A stretch of 27,329 bases of DNA. It comes from a virus. Taxonomy: Duplodnaviria; Caudoviricetes. The stretch lies in IMG/VR virus record IMGVR_UViG_3300017747_001705, positions 1 to 27,329 of that record. One strand, given 5' to 3'. Positions 1 through 8,949 of this stretch are shown piece by piece. Numbering within the stretch: the first letter of the stretch is position 1; every line of letters starts with the position of its first letter. The notes beneath the pieces are model-generated. The model was given only the letters and a program-made list of their open reading frames with translations. It made no database searches and was not told the origin of the DNA. The position numbers and the translations under genes were made by a program.

Positions 1-605
1 ATAAAAGCGTTTAAACCGCCAACAGGGTCAGTTGTTGCAGAAGTTGTTGCTACTGTTGCATTTTGTAATGTCCATGCAACATTGGTAAATGTATTTGATT
101 GTAAATATAAATTACTACCAGTTCCGTTTACTCTGCCTGTCTGTCCTGTAATCGTAGTAGCGTTTACAGATGATGGGGTAGTAGCACCTATAGTTATGTT
201 ATCCATTTCCCCAACAAAAGTAGGAGCAATTTCAACAGAATTAGCACCTGTGGGCTTTATGTGAACATGACCTGTACCAGTAGGACTAATGTCTATTTGT
301 GCGTTTGTACCATTTAAATTGGTAGATACAGCAACAGTAACATTATCGCCACCGCCAGCACCCATGCTAATCTGAGTAGTTCCACCTGAGTTTTTAAGTG
401 CTAGACCAGCAGAGTTTGTAGCTTGTACTATAGGAGTAGTAACGCTAGTAAGCGTTGCTGTACCGCCAGTAATAGCAACAGCATTGGCATTTTGTTCTGC
501 CATTGTCCCTACGCCAGATAGCGTATGGTTGGCATCCCAAGCGGTTGCGCCTGTAGCACTAAAAGTGCCGTCGGCAGGCGTTGAATGGTTGACAGTTATT
601 GGCAT
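1..605 (-). CDS. Virion structural protein (fibre/decoration-like), partial; runs off the left edge
   Basis: Not in the ORF track. ATG at 605 overlaps the upstream stop (TAATG). The frame stays open to the edge: MPITVNHSTPADGTFSATGATAWDANHTLSG...NYLQSNTFTNVAWTLQNAT. G/T/A/S/N-rich, as in virion fibre proteins. Confidence 0.7.
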   Translation of the reverse strand, partial: MPITVNHSTPADGTFSATGATAWDANHTLSGVGTMAEQNANAVAITGGTATLTSVTTPIVQATNSAGLALKNSGGTTQISMGAGGGDNVTVAVSTNLNGTNAQIDISPTGTGHVHIKPTGANSVEIAPTFVGEMDNITIGATTPSSVNATTITGQTGRVNGTGSNLYLQSNTFTNVAWTLQNATVATTSATTDPVGGLNAF

Positions 606-967
606 TATGCTAGAAACCGTAATTTATAGAGTGTTGTTAAATACAACTCAATAATGTTATCTATCAACTGTTGCAAAGCGCTATCACTTTTATCACATAC
701 GTCGTAACGTACGGATTCAATCTCGGCAAGTTGAGATTCTAAAAACTCAATTACATTGCTAGTCTTTTTAGCCGACATCAAACTAATAGGGCCGATCAAA
801 CCGTGACGTCCCTGGTATGCCTCAGCAAATGAATCTGCCAAATCAATAATATTTTCGTAAAACTTCTGTAACGCTTTGTGTTTGGAGTAGCTACGGGTGT
901 TAAGATGCACCGAATGGGTTACGTCACGGGCTAAAAAGAATATTCCTACAAAATCACACGCTTTCAT
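605..967 (-). CDS. Ferritin/Dps-like four-helix protein (DUF5856-like)
   Basis: H-x2-H-x-N...HKAL..FY....D..AE pattern resembling Dps/ferritin metal ligands; ATGA-coupled to the portal stop. Confidence 0.65.
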   Translation of the reverse strand: MKACDFVGIFFLARDVTHSVHLNTRSYSKHKALQKFYENIIDLADSFAEAYQGRHGLIGPISLMSAKKTSNVIEFLESQLAEIESVRYDVCDKSDSALQQLIDNIIELYLTTLYKLRFLA

Positions 968-3216
968 TGTGGCATTCCTTGTGGTGGCATTCCTTGTGGT
1001 GGCATTTGTTCAGGTGGCATCCCTTCAGGAGGCATACCTTCCATTGGCATTGGTTGTGGTTCTTCAGGCATTTCCATTTGTTCACGCTGTAGTTCACTAC
1101 CGACTAAATCGCCAGTATCTAACGCGGCGGCAATAGTACCCATAACAATGTCTTGAATCTGTTCAGCGCTCATACTGCCTTGAACCGTAGAAATACGCTG
1201 TGTTTCAGCCTGATATGCTTTAATGTCAGCCTCAAAGTTTTTACGTTCCATGTCTTGAGCTTCCATTGATTTGCTGACGTTTTGAAGCATGGTGTGCATA
1301 CCTTCCATCTCTTGACCCATTGCTTGAATCTGCTGTTGAGCAGCTTGCAAAGCAGGATCTTCGTCATCAGTCGATAAAAGTTTAGGATCAATGGTTTTAG
1401 CCAAACGTTCAGCTAACTCTTGCGCGCCAGGCCAATCCATATTTTTAACAAATAGATCGCCTGCAACCGCCCATAGCTGAGGATTGCCTTGCAAAATCTG
1501 CGCCATAGCTTCCATCGCTTCTTGGCGCTTAGTCATGTAGCCTGGGCCAGTAGTAGCCACTACGTCATAATAGCCAACGCTAGGGTTGTAAATTTTTTCA
1601 ATAACAATGCCCGCTTCATCAACGATTTTCTTAACTGGCTCGTCTTGTTCAGGGTTGATTTTCGCCATTGACACTTCACCATCAATACCAATCACGCGGG
1701 CGATGCGCGCGGTGTCATAGATCTTGGGGATAAGGTCAATTAATTGACGCGTTGCAAAACGAATTGCTTTAGTTAAATTGTCACCATAGTGAAACGTACC
1801 GACATCGCCTTGGCGTTCACGGGCAAGAATAGCTTTCCCCGAACGTTCGTTGCTTGTGGCACCTAAACTTGAGTCATACTGTCCAGTAGTGGACTTGATA
1901 TCGTCAGACGCGCCCATTTTGGCTTGGATAAGACCTGTTTGAGCCAAAGGCGGTGGGGCGCGTTGTGGAAGTGGCAGCGTTACGCCCATTCCATCAGTAA
2001 CATCGGGATTAACTTCCAAATACGGCCAATTGGTTGTGTTAGCAGTTTTCCATTGGTTTTCGTAACCTTCAAACTGACCGCCGTAACCAATAAATGGTGC
2101 TTTTGGTGCCAAAGCAAGCATTTCTGCCTCTTGGGACACCCAGTAGTTGTACATACGTTGTGCATCTTTAGCATTTCTAACCAAGCCAGACACATAAATA
2201 CGACCATCTACTTCAAATTCGTTACCAATCACGCGGATTACGGGGATCCATTTGCCTGCCCATTCCTGTTCTTGCAAGACTTCATAGCCATTGGACTTCA
2301 TCCACATGACTTTTTTGACGTCTACCGTGCGAGATTTAATAGGTTTTAAGCCCATTTGCTTCATTTCTTTATCTTCAAGCGAGCCGTCAAAATGACTCAT
2401 GTTGCCAGGATACAAATTGAGTTTAGTTGGGGTGTGCGTATGGTAAAAATACTCAACAATACGAATGGTGTTCTCATTAATCCATTGACTTAAGGATTGA
2501 TCACCTACGCCTTGGGACATAATGGATGTAATGGGCGCGGCATTTGGGTATTGACGCTCATATTCGTCTTTTTCTAAGTCTTGGCTAATAAAGCACCACT
2601 CAGCATCGCAACCCGCAGGGTCTTGAATCAATGGATCCATGTAAACGCTAAACGCGTTACGAATACGGCCTAAACGCAAATCTTGATCAAACGAATTTTC
2701 GTTGCAATACTCGGTCAAAATGCGGAAATAGCCTTCACCATACGTCACTTGGTTTTCACAAGCAGTGTCATAGACCACATCGGCGTCAGACATATACTCG
2801 ATATGGCGAACCATACCTTCAAAAATCTCCGCTACTTCAACATCGCCTTTATCGTCTGCCGGGATTACTTTCCCAGAGGGTCGGTTCTGACGCTGTTCGT
2901 TTGTTACTTGTTTAACGTGCTGCGGTAGTTTGTTAATGGTCAAACACGGGCGTGCATTAATGGTTTGCCCTTGAACAGAACCGCGAGTTGCCAATACGTC
3001 AGCAGGCCATTGCCACTGGTTGTCTGGAGAGCCAGCCATAAAGCGAAGGTCATCTAGCTCATCTTCGCGTGATTCAGAATACGCAGACATCGCCATCTGA
3101 AAGCGATGACGCATAGTAGCTAGGACATCTGACTGCTCATTTGGAGTAGTAGTGGGGTTGCCACCTACGTCGGCTACTTTGCCAACAATATTCATCGAGG
3201 TTTGGTCATACGCCAT
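964..3216 (-). CDS. Portal protein, P22-like
   Basis: 750 aa; RPCLTINKL, G+VRNAKDAQRMYNYW, SGKAILAR and GPGY.TKRQEA motifs; Q-rich coiled-coil C-terminus; downstream of terL. Confidence 0.92.
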   Translation of the reverse strand: MAYDQTSMNIVGKVADVGGNPTTTPNEQSDVLATMRHRFQMAMSAYSESREDELDDLRFMAGSPDNQWQWPADVLATRGSVQGQTINARPCLTINKLPQHVKQVTNEQRQNRPSGKVIPADDKGDVEVAEIFEGMVRHIEYMSDADVVYDTACENQVTYGEGYFRILTEYCNENSFDQDLRLGRIRNAFSVYMDPLIQDPAGCDAEWCFISQDLEKDEYERQYPNAAPITSIMSQGVGDQSLSQWINENTIRIVEYFYHTHTPTKLNLYPGNMSHFDGSLEDKEMKQMGLKPIKSRTVDVKKVMWMKSNGYEVLQEQEWAGKWIPVIRVIGNEFEVDGRIYVSGLVRNAKDAQRMYNYWVSQEAEMLALAPKAPFIGYGGQFEGYENQWKTANTTNWPYLEVNPDVTDGMGVTLPLPQRAPPPLAQTGLIQAKMGASDDIKSTTGQYDSSLGATSNERSGKAILARERQGDVGTFHYGDNLTKAIRFATRQLIDLIPKIYDTARIARVIGIDGEVSMAKINPEQDEPVKKIVDEAGIVIEKIYNPSVGYYDVVATTGPGYMTKRQEAMEAMAQILQGNPQLWAVAGDLFVKNMDWPGAQELAERLAKTIDPKLLSTDDEDPALQAAQQQIQAMGQEMEGMHTMLQNVSKSMEAQDMERKNFEADIKAYQAETQRISTVQGSMSAEQIQDIVMGTIAAALDTGDLVGSELQREQMEMPEEPQPMPMEGMPPEGMPPEQMPPQGMPPQGMPQ
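971..1045. repeat. Degenerate 15-bp tandem repeat encoding (G/Q)MPP(Q/E) at the portal C-terminus
   Basis: ggcattccttgtggt x2 plus degenerate copies; the protein ends GMPPEGMPPEQMPPQGMPPQGMPQ. Confidence 0.85.
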
Positions 3217-3301
3217 TTAGTATTCCGATCACATCAGGTTTGCGCATCGACAATGATACCGCTAAACAATTTACTTTGGGATAAAACCTTAACGGCTTTA
3301 A
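3206..3301 (-). pseudogene. Probable collapsed remnant of a GroES-like co-chaperonin gene
   Basis: The minus strand reads LKPL, then (second frame) VLSQSKLFSGIIV, then (first frame) MRKPDVIGILNGV*. These resemble the GroES N-terminal LKPL, mobile-loop SGII and C-terminal MRE.D+++++ motifs in the right order within 96 nt. No start codon. Confidence 0.4.
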
Positions 3302-3303
3302 AT

Positions 3304-3444
3304 TTATTTTTTACCTTTAGACATCGCTCCACGTTTTACAGCAAAAGCGATTGCTACGGCCTGATTGACGGGCTTGCCCGACTTAACCTCAGCCTTGACA
3401 TTCTTACGGAAGGCTTCTTTACTAGAACTTTTCTTAAGTGGCAT
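3304..3444 (-). CDS. Small basic phage protein, 46 aa
   Basis: MPLKKSSSKEAFRKNVKAEVKSGKPVNQAVAIAFAVKRGAMSKGKK*; TGATG-coupled to the upstream gene; below the ORF-track cutoff. Confidence 0.8.
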   Translation of the reverse strand: MPLKKSSSKEAFRKNVKAEVKSGKPVNQAVAIAFAVKRGAMSKGKK

Positions 3445-3608
3445 CACTTCCCCTTTTTAGCAGGTTTAGCTGTCTTAGCTGATTGCTTAAAATCTTTAGC
3501 TGTGGGCGCGCCCGCAGTGCCAGGCTTTCTCATCTTTTCGCCTGAACCTGAGGCTATCCTAGCCCTTTTTCGGTGAATATTTTCGTATAGTCCAGGTTTT
3601 GTAGCCAT
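3444..3608 (-). CDS. Small basic phage protein, 54 aa
   Basis: MATKPGLYENIHRKRARIASGSGEKMRKPG...; an AAGGAG RBS precedes ATG 3608, so the start is later than in the ORF track. Confidence 0.8.
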   Translation of the reverse strand: MATKPGLYENIHRKRARIASGSGEKMRKPGTAGAPTAKDFKQSAKTAKPAKKGK

Positions 3609-3621
3609 TTGATTCTCCTTA

Positions 3622-3900
3622 TTAACATTTCCAACTTTTGAGCGCGGCTTTCGCACGCGGGGCGTCGCCTTTGGCGTGGGCAACGACGCCTGACATTCTG
3701 GCGCAGAAGCTGGCTTTACGCCCAGCATCCGCTTTAGACTTAGGATTTGGCGCAGGCGCCTTAAGATTTGCATTATTTTTTGCATTGTACGCAGCCCTTC
3801 CTTTGGCAGTCATACCCGCACCTTTGTCGGTGGGTTTGTAGTTCGCGCCTTTGCCCGTGGTTGTACGAGCTATGGGTTTGTCATGTTTTTTTGTTGCCAT
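3622..3900 (-). CDS. Basic phage protein (DUF6321-like)
   Basis: GMTAKGRAAYN...NLKAP...RKASFCARM...W.C motifs; TAATG-coupled to the terL stop. Confidence 0.75.
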   Translation of the reverse strand: MATKKHDKPIARTTTGKGANYKPTDKGAGMTAKGRAAYNAKNNANLKAPAPNPKSKADAGRKASFCARMSGVVAHAKGDAPRAKAALKSWKC

Positions 3901-5429
3901 TACGATCCCATCCATGAGTTCAAGGCTGCGCCTTGAGATTGATATGTTTGTTTGCGAAGTATACCTTTAGATTCGCGGTGTGCAACAGAAAACGCAAAAG
4001 TAAGTGCAATAGCGTCTGCACTGTCTGGTGAGGCCAAGCCTCTAGCTTTCATGTCCTTTTTGCTTTCTAAGTAGATGGCACCCTTACTGTCTGGTTTCAT
4101 CAAGGGTGATATGAGGTCGGTCTTAAGCGTTTTTTCCTTGGGGATGCTTGCGGACTTGAGCCAATCCTTCATCTGCCCCCAGATCTGTGCCCTCATGTTG
4201 CCGTACATCATGGGGTTTCTTGACTTGTTCGCAAAGTTCACACCCCTGATCTTGTAGCGTTGTTCTTTGAGCCGGTCAACCACCCCTGCGCCAAGCCCAC
4301 CTTCATCAATGGCAACTACCGCAGGCTCATACTGCTCAATGGCCTCGATTACATGACCGACCACCACCATTGTATCGTCGCCTTTAAACTTGCGAATCTC
4401 CACAATATCCCGTCCTTGACGTACTGCAATAACGGTCGAGTCAGAACCAAAGCGGGCGGGGTCTACCCCAATCACAATGGGCGCGGAGTCATCCCGCCAT
4501 TTGTCCCGTTTCATAGCGTCGTCCACTAGCGTAGATGAGATGAACTGATCATCCCCTTCTGAGGGGAACGAGCCATACACTTCTACGTGCGCCTGGTAAG
4601 AATCAGCGCCATATTCCTCAATAATTTGGTCATACACGTTTTTGTCGGTGCCTTCTACTTCCCGAGCGTCCACCTGCCTAGATTGCCAAAAGTCCCGTTT
4701 GCTACCCTCAATCGCCTCGTAAAAGTAACCCGTATTGCGCCGTGGGTTGCTAAAGCAGCACCAAAAGCGATTTGGCGTATTCTCTGTAAAAAAGCCACTT
4801 GTCACCGCCCAGATGGAGTCGTCAATACCAGACGCCTCGTCAAACACGACCATTACCCCATCGTAGTTATGCACACCAGCGAACGCGTCAGGATTCTCAG
4901 CCGACCACAGTCTGCCTTCTAAGTTCCAATAGCGCGTGCCTTTCTTTAGATCACGCTCGACCAACTCGGTCAGCCATTTGGCGGGCATGACTCTTGTGGC
5001 TGAGATCTCCCACCAGTGGGTGTTAATTGACATAGATGACCACTTAGTAATCTCAGCCCAAGTTACGCTGCGTAGCTGACTTTCGCTGTTAGCCGACACA
5101 ATGACTGTTGACCCAATGCGGGTGGTCATCATCCACAGCACTAGCCAGGACACCAAAGCCGACTTACCAATACCACGACCCGAAGCAATCGCTAGGCGCA
5201 GTACGCTAAAGTCAATCTGCCCATCATTCTTTTTGATGTGGTCTGTTAGATCTGTTAAGACCTGGCGTTGCCACTTGCGTGGCCCAGTGAAGTTTTCAAG
5301 CGGTGTGCCTGCTTGTCCCCACGGGAACGCAAACAACACAAACGCTAGCGGGTTGTCCTTGATCGCGGGTGACCATAACCGCGCCATGAGTTCTTGTTCA
5401 TCTTGCGCAGAATAGCGGGTAGTTTGCAT
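3900..5429 (-). CDS. terL: Terminase large subunit
   Basis: Walker A SGRGIGKS, Walker B VVFDEA, coupling motif SNP, RNase H-like IGVDPARFGSD and SPDSADA. Confidence 0.95.
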   Translation of the reverse strand: MQTTRYSAQDEQELMARLWSPAIKDNPLAFVLFAFPWGQAGTPLENFTGPRKWQRQVLTDLTDHIKKNDGQIDFSVLRLAIASGRGIGKSALVSWLVLWMMTTRIGSTVIVSANSESQLRSVTWAEITKWSSMSINTHWWEISATRVMPAKWLTELVERDLKKGTRYWNLEGRLWSAENPDAFAGVHNYDGVMVVFDEASGIDDSIWAVTSGFFTENTPNRFWCCFSNPRRNTGYFYEAIEGSKRDFWQSRQVDAREVEGTDKNVYDQIIEEYGADSYQAHVEVYGSFPSEGDDQFISSTLVDDAMKRDKWRDDSAPIVIGVDPARFGSDSTVIAVRQGRDIVEIRKFKGDDTMVVVGHVIEAIEQYEPAVVAIDEGGLGAGVVDRLKEQRYKIRGVNFANKSRNPMMYGNMRAQIWGQMKDWLKSASIPKEKTLKTDLISPLMKPDSKGAIYLESKKDMKARGLASPDSADAIALTFAFSVAHRESKGILRKQTYQSQGAALNSWMGS

Positions 5430-5899
5430 TACGCGGCTTTTTGTTTCTGCTTGTTAGGTTTCACGTGGAACTCAGGGTTATTATTTAATTCTTTGGGCGG
5501 GGTGACGTCAGTAAACACGCCTTCGATGACTCGACGCTGTGCGTCTTCAAGAGCCTGCGTAACGCTAATTCGTTGCTCAATGTCGATTGAAAGTTGTTGC
5601 TTGGCGACCCATCCGTGCTGGTGCTGGAGGATGGCGAGGGCGGCTTTCGCATCACCGCTTGCTGCAGCAGCGTGCAGTTGTTGACTAGCTTTACGTTCAC
5701 CTTCGGTTCTCCCTAATAGTTCAGCAAACTCGGCAGCAGGGTCTAACTGACACAACTGCCGGTATTCGGTAGGCAACATTCCAGCAGCGATCGCTAACGC
5801 GTCGCCTTTAAGTCCTAGCTTGGCAGCTTCTTTAATTGCTTCAAGCCGTACTTCGGTGGCTTCAAGCTTACGGACTTCGTATGGGTAGCTGTTAAACAT
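5429..5899 (-). CDS. Putative terminase small subunit
   Basis: 156-aa helical protein TAATG-coupled to terL; likely start at ATG 5899 (MFNSYPYEVRKL). Confidence 0.65.
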   Translation of the reverse strand: MFNSYPYEVRKLEATEVRLEAIKEAAKLGLKGDALAIAAGMLPTEYRQLCQLDPAAEFAELLGRTEGERKASQQLHAAAASGDAKAALAILQHQHGWVAKQQLSIDIEQRISVTQALEDAQRRVIEGVFTDVTPPKELNNNPEFHVKPNKQKQKAA

Positions 5900-5940
5900 A
5901 CGCGTGATGTTATCACTTTTTAGTAAAAAATAAAAAAATT
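5900..5940 (-). promoter_or_regulatory. Putative extended -10 promoter giving a leaderless terS mRNA
   Basis: Minus-strand TGaTAACAT (-10 at 5907-5912) ends 7 nt before the ATG; no SD; AT-rich upstream. Confidence 0.45.
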
Positions 5941-6016
5941 GTTCGTGAACCCACCGGTCACACAAAGCCTTGGCGCTCGGCCCTAGGGGGGTGCCTGCCT
6001 AATTTTTAAGCATTTA

Positions 6017-6090
6017 CCTGAAAGCCTTACTGCATAAGGGTTTGCGGGTCATGCAAGCCTGAAAGCCATATAGAATAAGGGTTTGCGGGT
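6017..6090. repeat. Two 33-bp imperfect direct repeats (period 41) carrying the ATAAGGGTTTGCGG motif
   Basis: cctgaaagccttactgcataagggtttgcgggt (6017-6049) and cctgaaagccatatagaataagggtttgcgggt (6058-6090). Confidence 0.9.
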
Positions 6091-6494
6091 TATGGGTCAT
6101 TGGGGTCATTTTCTGTTTGTTAAAAGTCCAGCGACAAACAAACAAGCTCGGGACACAAACAAACAAGCATTGGGGTCATTGGGGTCATATAGTTTTTAAT
6201 GACCCATTTGACCCATAAAGCTCTTGGCATTTTCCAGCGAGCTAAAAAGACGGGGGTGTGAGAGCTGAATTTTATGGGTCAAATGGGTCATTTGGACAAG
6301 CCAAAATAATCGCTGGCGAGCTACAGGAATAAATGCTCTCATACTGATATATGAGCTTTTTAGAATAAGCCAAATTCAATGACCCATTTGACCCATACTC
6401 TATATTTTATAAGCCTCTACCAGCCCATTTTATGGGTCATTCAGACCATTTTTAAATGACCCAACAATGACCCCAACGACCCCAACAATGACCC
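6046..6494. repeat. Iteron-like GGGTCA/TGACCC array; candidate replication origin
   Basis: 15 exact hexamers (8 GGGTCA, 7 TGACCC), mostly as 9-bp-spaced pairs. Perfect 22-bp inverted repeat 6198-6219/6271-6292; 20-bp direct repeat 6198-6217/6378-6397; also acaaacaaacaagc x2 (6134, 6155). Confidence 0.85.
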
Positions 6495-6588
6495 CAAACT
6501 AAAAACCCAACCCAAATGCAAAATAATCCCTTACACTATTGGGGTTCAGGCATTTGCTTGAGCATTTAACCAAACGAAAGGAATCAAA

Positions 6589-7914
6589 ATGAATTTAATC
6601 GAAGTAAAACAAAGGGGCTGGAATGTAATAAATCACATTCGCAGTCAGCTCAACAACCATAGACCTGATCGGGATTGCTATCAATACAGAAGACAGACTC
6701 TTGCACAAATCAAACAAAGACGATTAGAACGTAAGCAGTTCGCTCTATCATTCGCTCAATGTGTACGAGATCAGGATAGCGTTGAAGCTCTGGAGTTGAT
6801 CAACGAGTATCGGTCAAAAGAGATAAGCCATGATTTTATTGGCGTGTTTGATTCGGTTTTTAAGGAGTCAATATTTCAATGCGGAGACTGCTCGGATTAT
6901 TTCTGTGATGATGAATATCACAACGTCCAAGATGATTTTGGGGTTTGCAACGATTGTGTTCATAACTACACTTATTCAGATCGTCATCAGTATTACTCTG
7001 AACATTCAGATGATGACGAAGACGAAGACCGAGAGTATGAAAACATTGGGGGCAGACACTCCAGCAAGCATGAGTTAGACCACATTCCTAGCCTATATGA
7101 TCAACGCAAGCCAAGGGTATTGCTTGGACTTGAGCTAGAGATGGAAATAGATGGAGCATACGATCTGGACGATAGAGCTGGACTGTTGTTAAGTTCATTG
7201 GGCAGATGCCAGACCCCAAGCGACAATTACCTTTATGCCCTATGTGAAGATGATTGTTCAATAGATCGTGGCTTTGAATTGGTAACTGCTTATACGGGTC
7301 TAGACGTTCATGCCAAGCAGTTGGAGTTCTTTGACACTCGTTTTAAAGGTGCAAAAAGCCATAATACAGATACGTGCGGACTTCACGTACACATCTGCAA
7401 AAGCTCAATGACAACTCTCCATGCAAGTAAAATGGTGCTTTTTATCAATGACCCGGCAAACCATAATTTGGTTTTCGCATTAGCCAGACGAGATAAATCG
7501 AGCTACTGCAAAATTTACGATAAAAAGAGCGATAAGAGCTGGATAAAAAATGCTCTTTTGCGTACTAAGCGAAAAGACCAAATACAAGCTCTTAACCCTG
7601 ATCGGTACGAAGCTCTTAATTTTCAGAATGAGAAGACAGTAGAGTTTAGGCTATTTAAAGGGACGTTGAAGTACTCAACGATTATGGCTTGCTTGGAGTT
7701 CACCTTTGCAACATGGCATTTTTGCAAAGAAGCCAGCACCAGCCAGCTCACTACTGCTGGATTTTTAGACTTTATTTGCCAGCCAGAAAATAGAAAAGAC
7801 AGTAAGTTTTTACGCTCTTATCTGAGAGAGAAAGGGTTTGTTTTACCTATGAAGCTGGAGATCGTAAAGCCAGCAGTATTACCAGCAGTAGAAAAACAAT
7901 TAGCAGTAGCTTAA
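6589..7914 (+). CDS. Putative amidoligase (COOH-NH2 ligase, glutamine synthetase-like fold, Amidoligase_2-like) with an N-terminal Cys-rich domain
   Basis: GLELEME, DCSI..GFELVT, TCGLHVHI, RYEALN and TVEFRLFKGT motifs; CxxC...CxxC near the N-terminus; AAAGGA RBS at 6577. Confidence 0.88.
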   Translation: MNLIEVKQRGWNVINHIRSQLNNHRPDRDCYQYRRQTLAQIKQRRLERKQFALSFAQCVRDQDSVEALELINEYRSKEISHDFIGVFDSVFKESIFQCGDCSDYFCDDEYHNVQDDFGVCNDCVHNYTYSDRHQYYSEHSDDDEDEDREYENIGGRHSSKHELDHIPSLYDQRKPRVLLGLELEMEIDGAYDLDDRAGLLLSSLGRCQTPSDNYLYALCEDDCSIDRGFELVTAYTGLDVHAKQLEFFDTRFKGAKSHNTDTCGLHVHICKSSMTTLHASKMVLFINDPANHNLVFALARRDKSSYCKIYDKKSDKSWIKNALLRTKRKDQIQALNPDRYEALNFQNEKTVEFRLFKGTLKYSTIMACLEFTFATWHFCKEASTSQLTTAGFLDFICQPENRKDSKFLRSYLREKGFVLPMKLEIVKPAVLPAVEKQLAVA

Positions 7915-7947
7915 ATTTTTAATCACTTGAATAAGGACAAAATAATT

Positions 7948-8949
7948 ATGTGTTTACTTGTAAAACAATCAGCAACAAGCCCGATCCTAAGTAATGAATG
8001 GTTAGAGGACTTTTACTCTTTCAATTCAGACGGGGTAGGAATAATGGCCGCCAATCATGGTGATTTAATCATTCGTAAAGTATTGCCACAATCAGCAAAG
8101 GAGTTCATTGATTTTTATCACTCCGAGATCGCTGGTAGAAATTGTGCTTTCCATTTGCGTATGAGAACCCATGGGGATATTGATCTGGATAATTGCCACC
8201 CATACGAAGTATTGACCCGATCAGTCCATGGCATTGATTTATGGCTAATGCACAATGGCATTTTATCAACGGGTAATAAAGCAGACGAAAGCAAAAGCGA
8301 CACATGGCATTACATCAATGACTATCTAAAACCAATGCTATCCGCTAATCCTGATTTTGCTTTTACTCCAGCATTTGCCGAGATTGTAGGCGAGCATATT
8401 GGGTCAAGTAATAAATTTATCTTGATGGATAACGAGGGTAGGCAAACTGTAGTTAATCAAAGCTCTGGAGTGTATTGGGCTGGATTGTGGCTAAGTAATA
8501 CCTATGCTTGGAGTGCATCTCGATCTGCCAGCAAAAACCCTATTAAGGGTCATAAAAAGCAGGTCAAGCAGTCAAAAGAGAAGCCAGACCCCAAGCCAAT
8601 CTATACCAGCAAGTACGCAAGTAATTATGGGTATATGGACTATTACGGGTCAGGGTCAGGATTAGACAATACCGAGCTGGACTATAGCGAGTGGTATGAC
8701 ATAGCCTGTAATGAAGTCGATATATATCTTGATGACATGATCTATATGGGTTTCCCTCATGCTGGAAAACTATCTAGCTCAAAAGCTCTGGACTTCATTG
8801 AGAAGTTTTCGCTAGAGGACTTTAAGGATATTTGCGAGATGGTGATGGATAAAGCCATTAATGAGGAGTGGTTCATTAAGGTAATGACAGACCACAAGCT
8901 CGCTCTGGAGTGTTTCCCTTACCTATCTAGGAATAATGAATATGCTTAG
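7948..8949 (+). CDS. Class II (Ntn) glutamine amidotransferase with a C-terminal extension
   Basis: Start at MC (Cys2 nucleophile), ATG 7948, RBS AAGGA; NSDGVG, HLRMRTHG, NCHPY, MHNGIL and SDT motifs. Confidence 0.9.
   Translation: MCLLVKQSATSPILSNEWLEDFYSFNSDGVGIMAANHGDLIIRKVLPQSAKEFIDFYHSEIAGRNCAFHLRMRTHGDIDLDNCHPYEVLTRSVHGIDLWLMHNGILSTGNKADESKSDTWHYINDYLKPMLSANPDFAFTPAFAEIVGEHIGSSNKFILMDNEGRQTVVNQSSGVYWAGLWLSNTYAWSASRSASKNPIKGHKKQVKQSKEKPDPKPIYTSKYASNYGYMDYYGSGSGLDNTELDYSEWYDIACNEVDIYLDDMIYMGFPHAGKLSSSKALDFIEKFSLEDFKDICEMVMDKAINEEWFIKVMTDHKLALECFPYLSRNNEYA

Noticed and set aside
3609-3785. N-terminal extension of ORF 3444..3785
   Set aside because: Overlaps the DUF6321-like gene in another frame; a strong RBS supports ATG 3608.
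6017-6500. Possible CRISPR array or mini-array
   Set aside because: Repeats are short, in both orientations and irregularly spaced; there is no constant repeat with unique spacers.
6517-6535. TGCAA-N9-TTACA pseudo-palindrome upstream of the amidoligase as an operator
   Set aside because: Single imperfect copy and no regulator gene in the window; too weak to call.
7927-7947. Upstream TTG start for the GATase
   Set aside because: Ntn GATases need Cys at position 2; ATG 7948 provides it and has an RBS.
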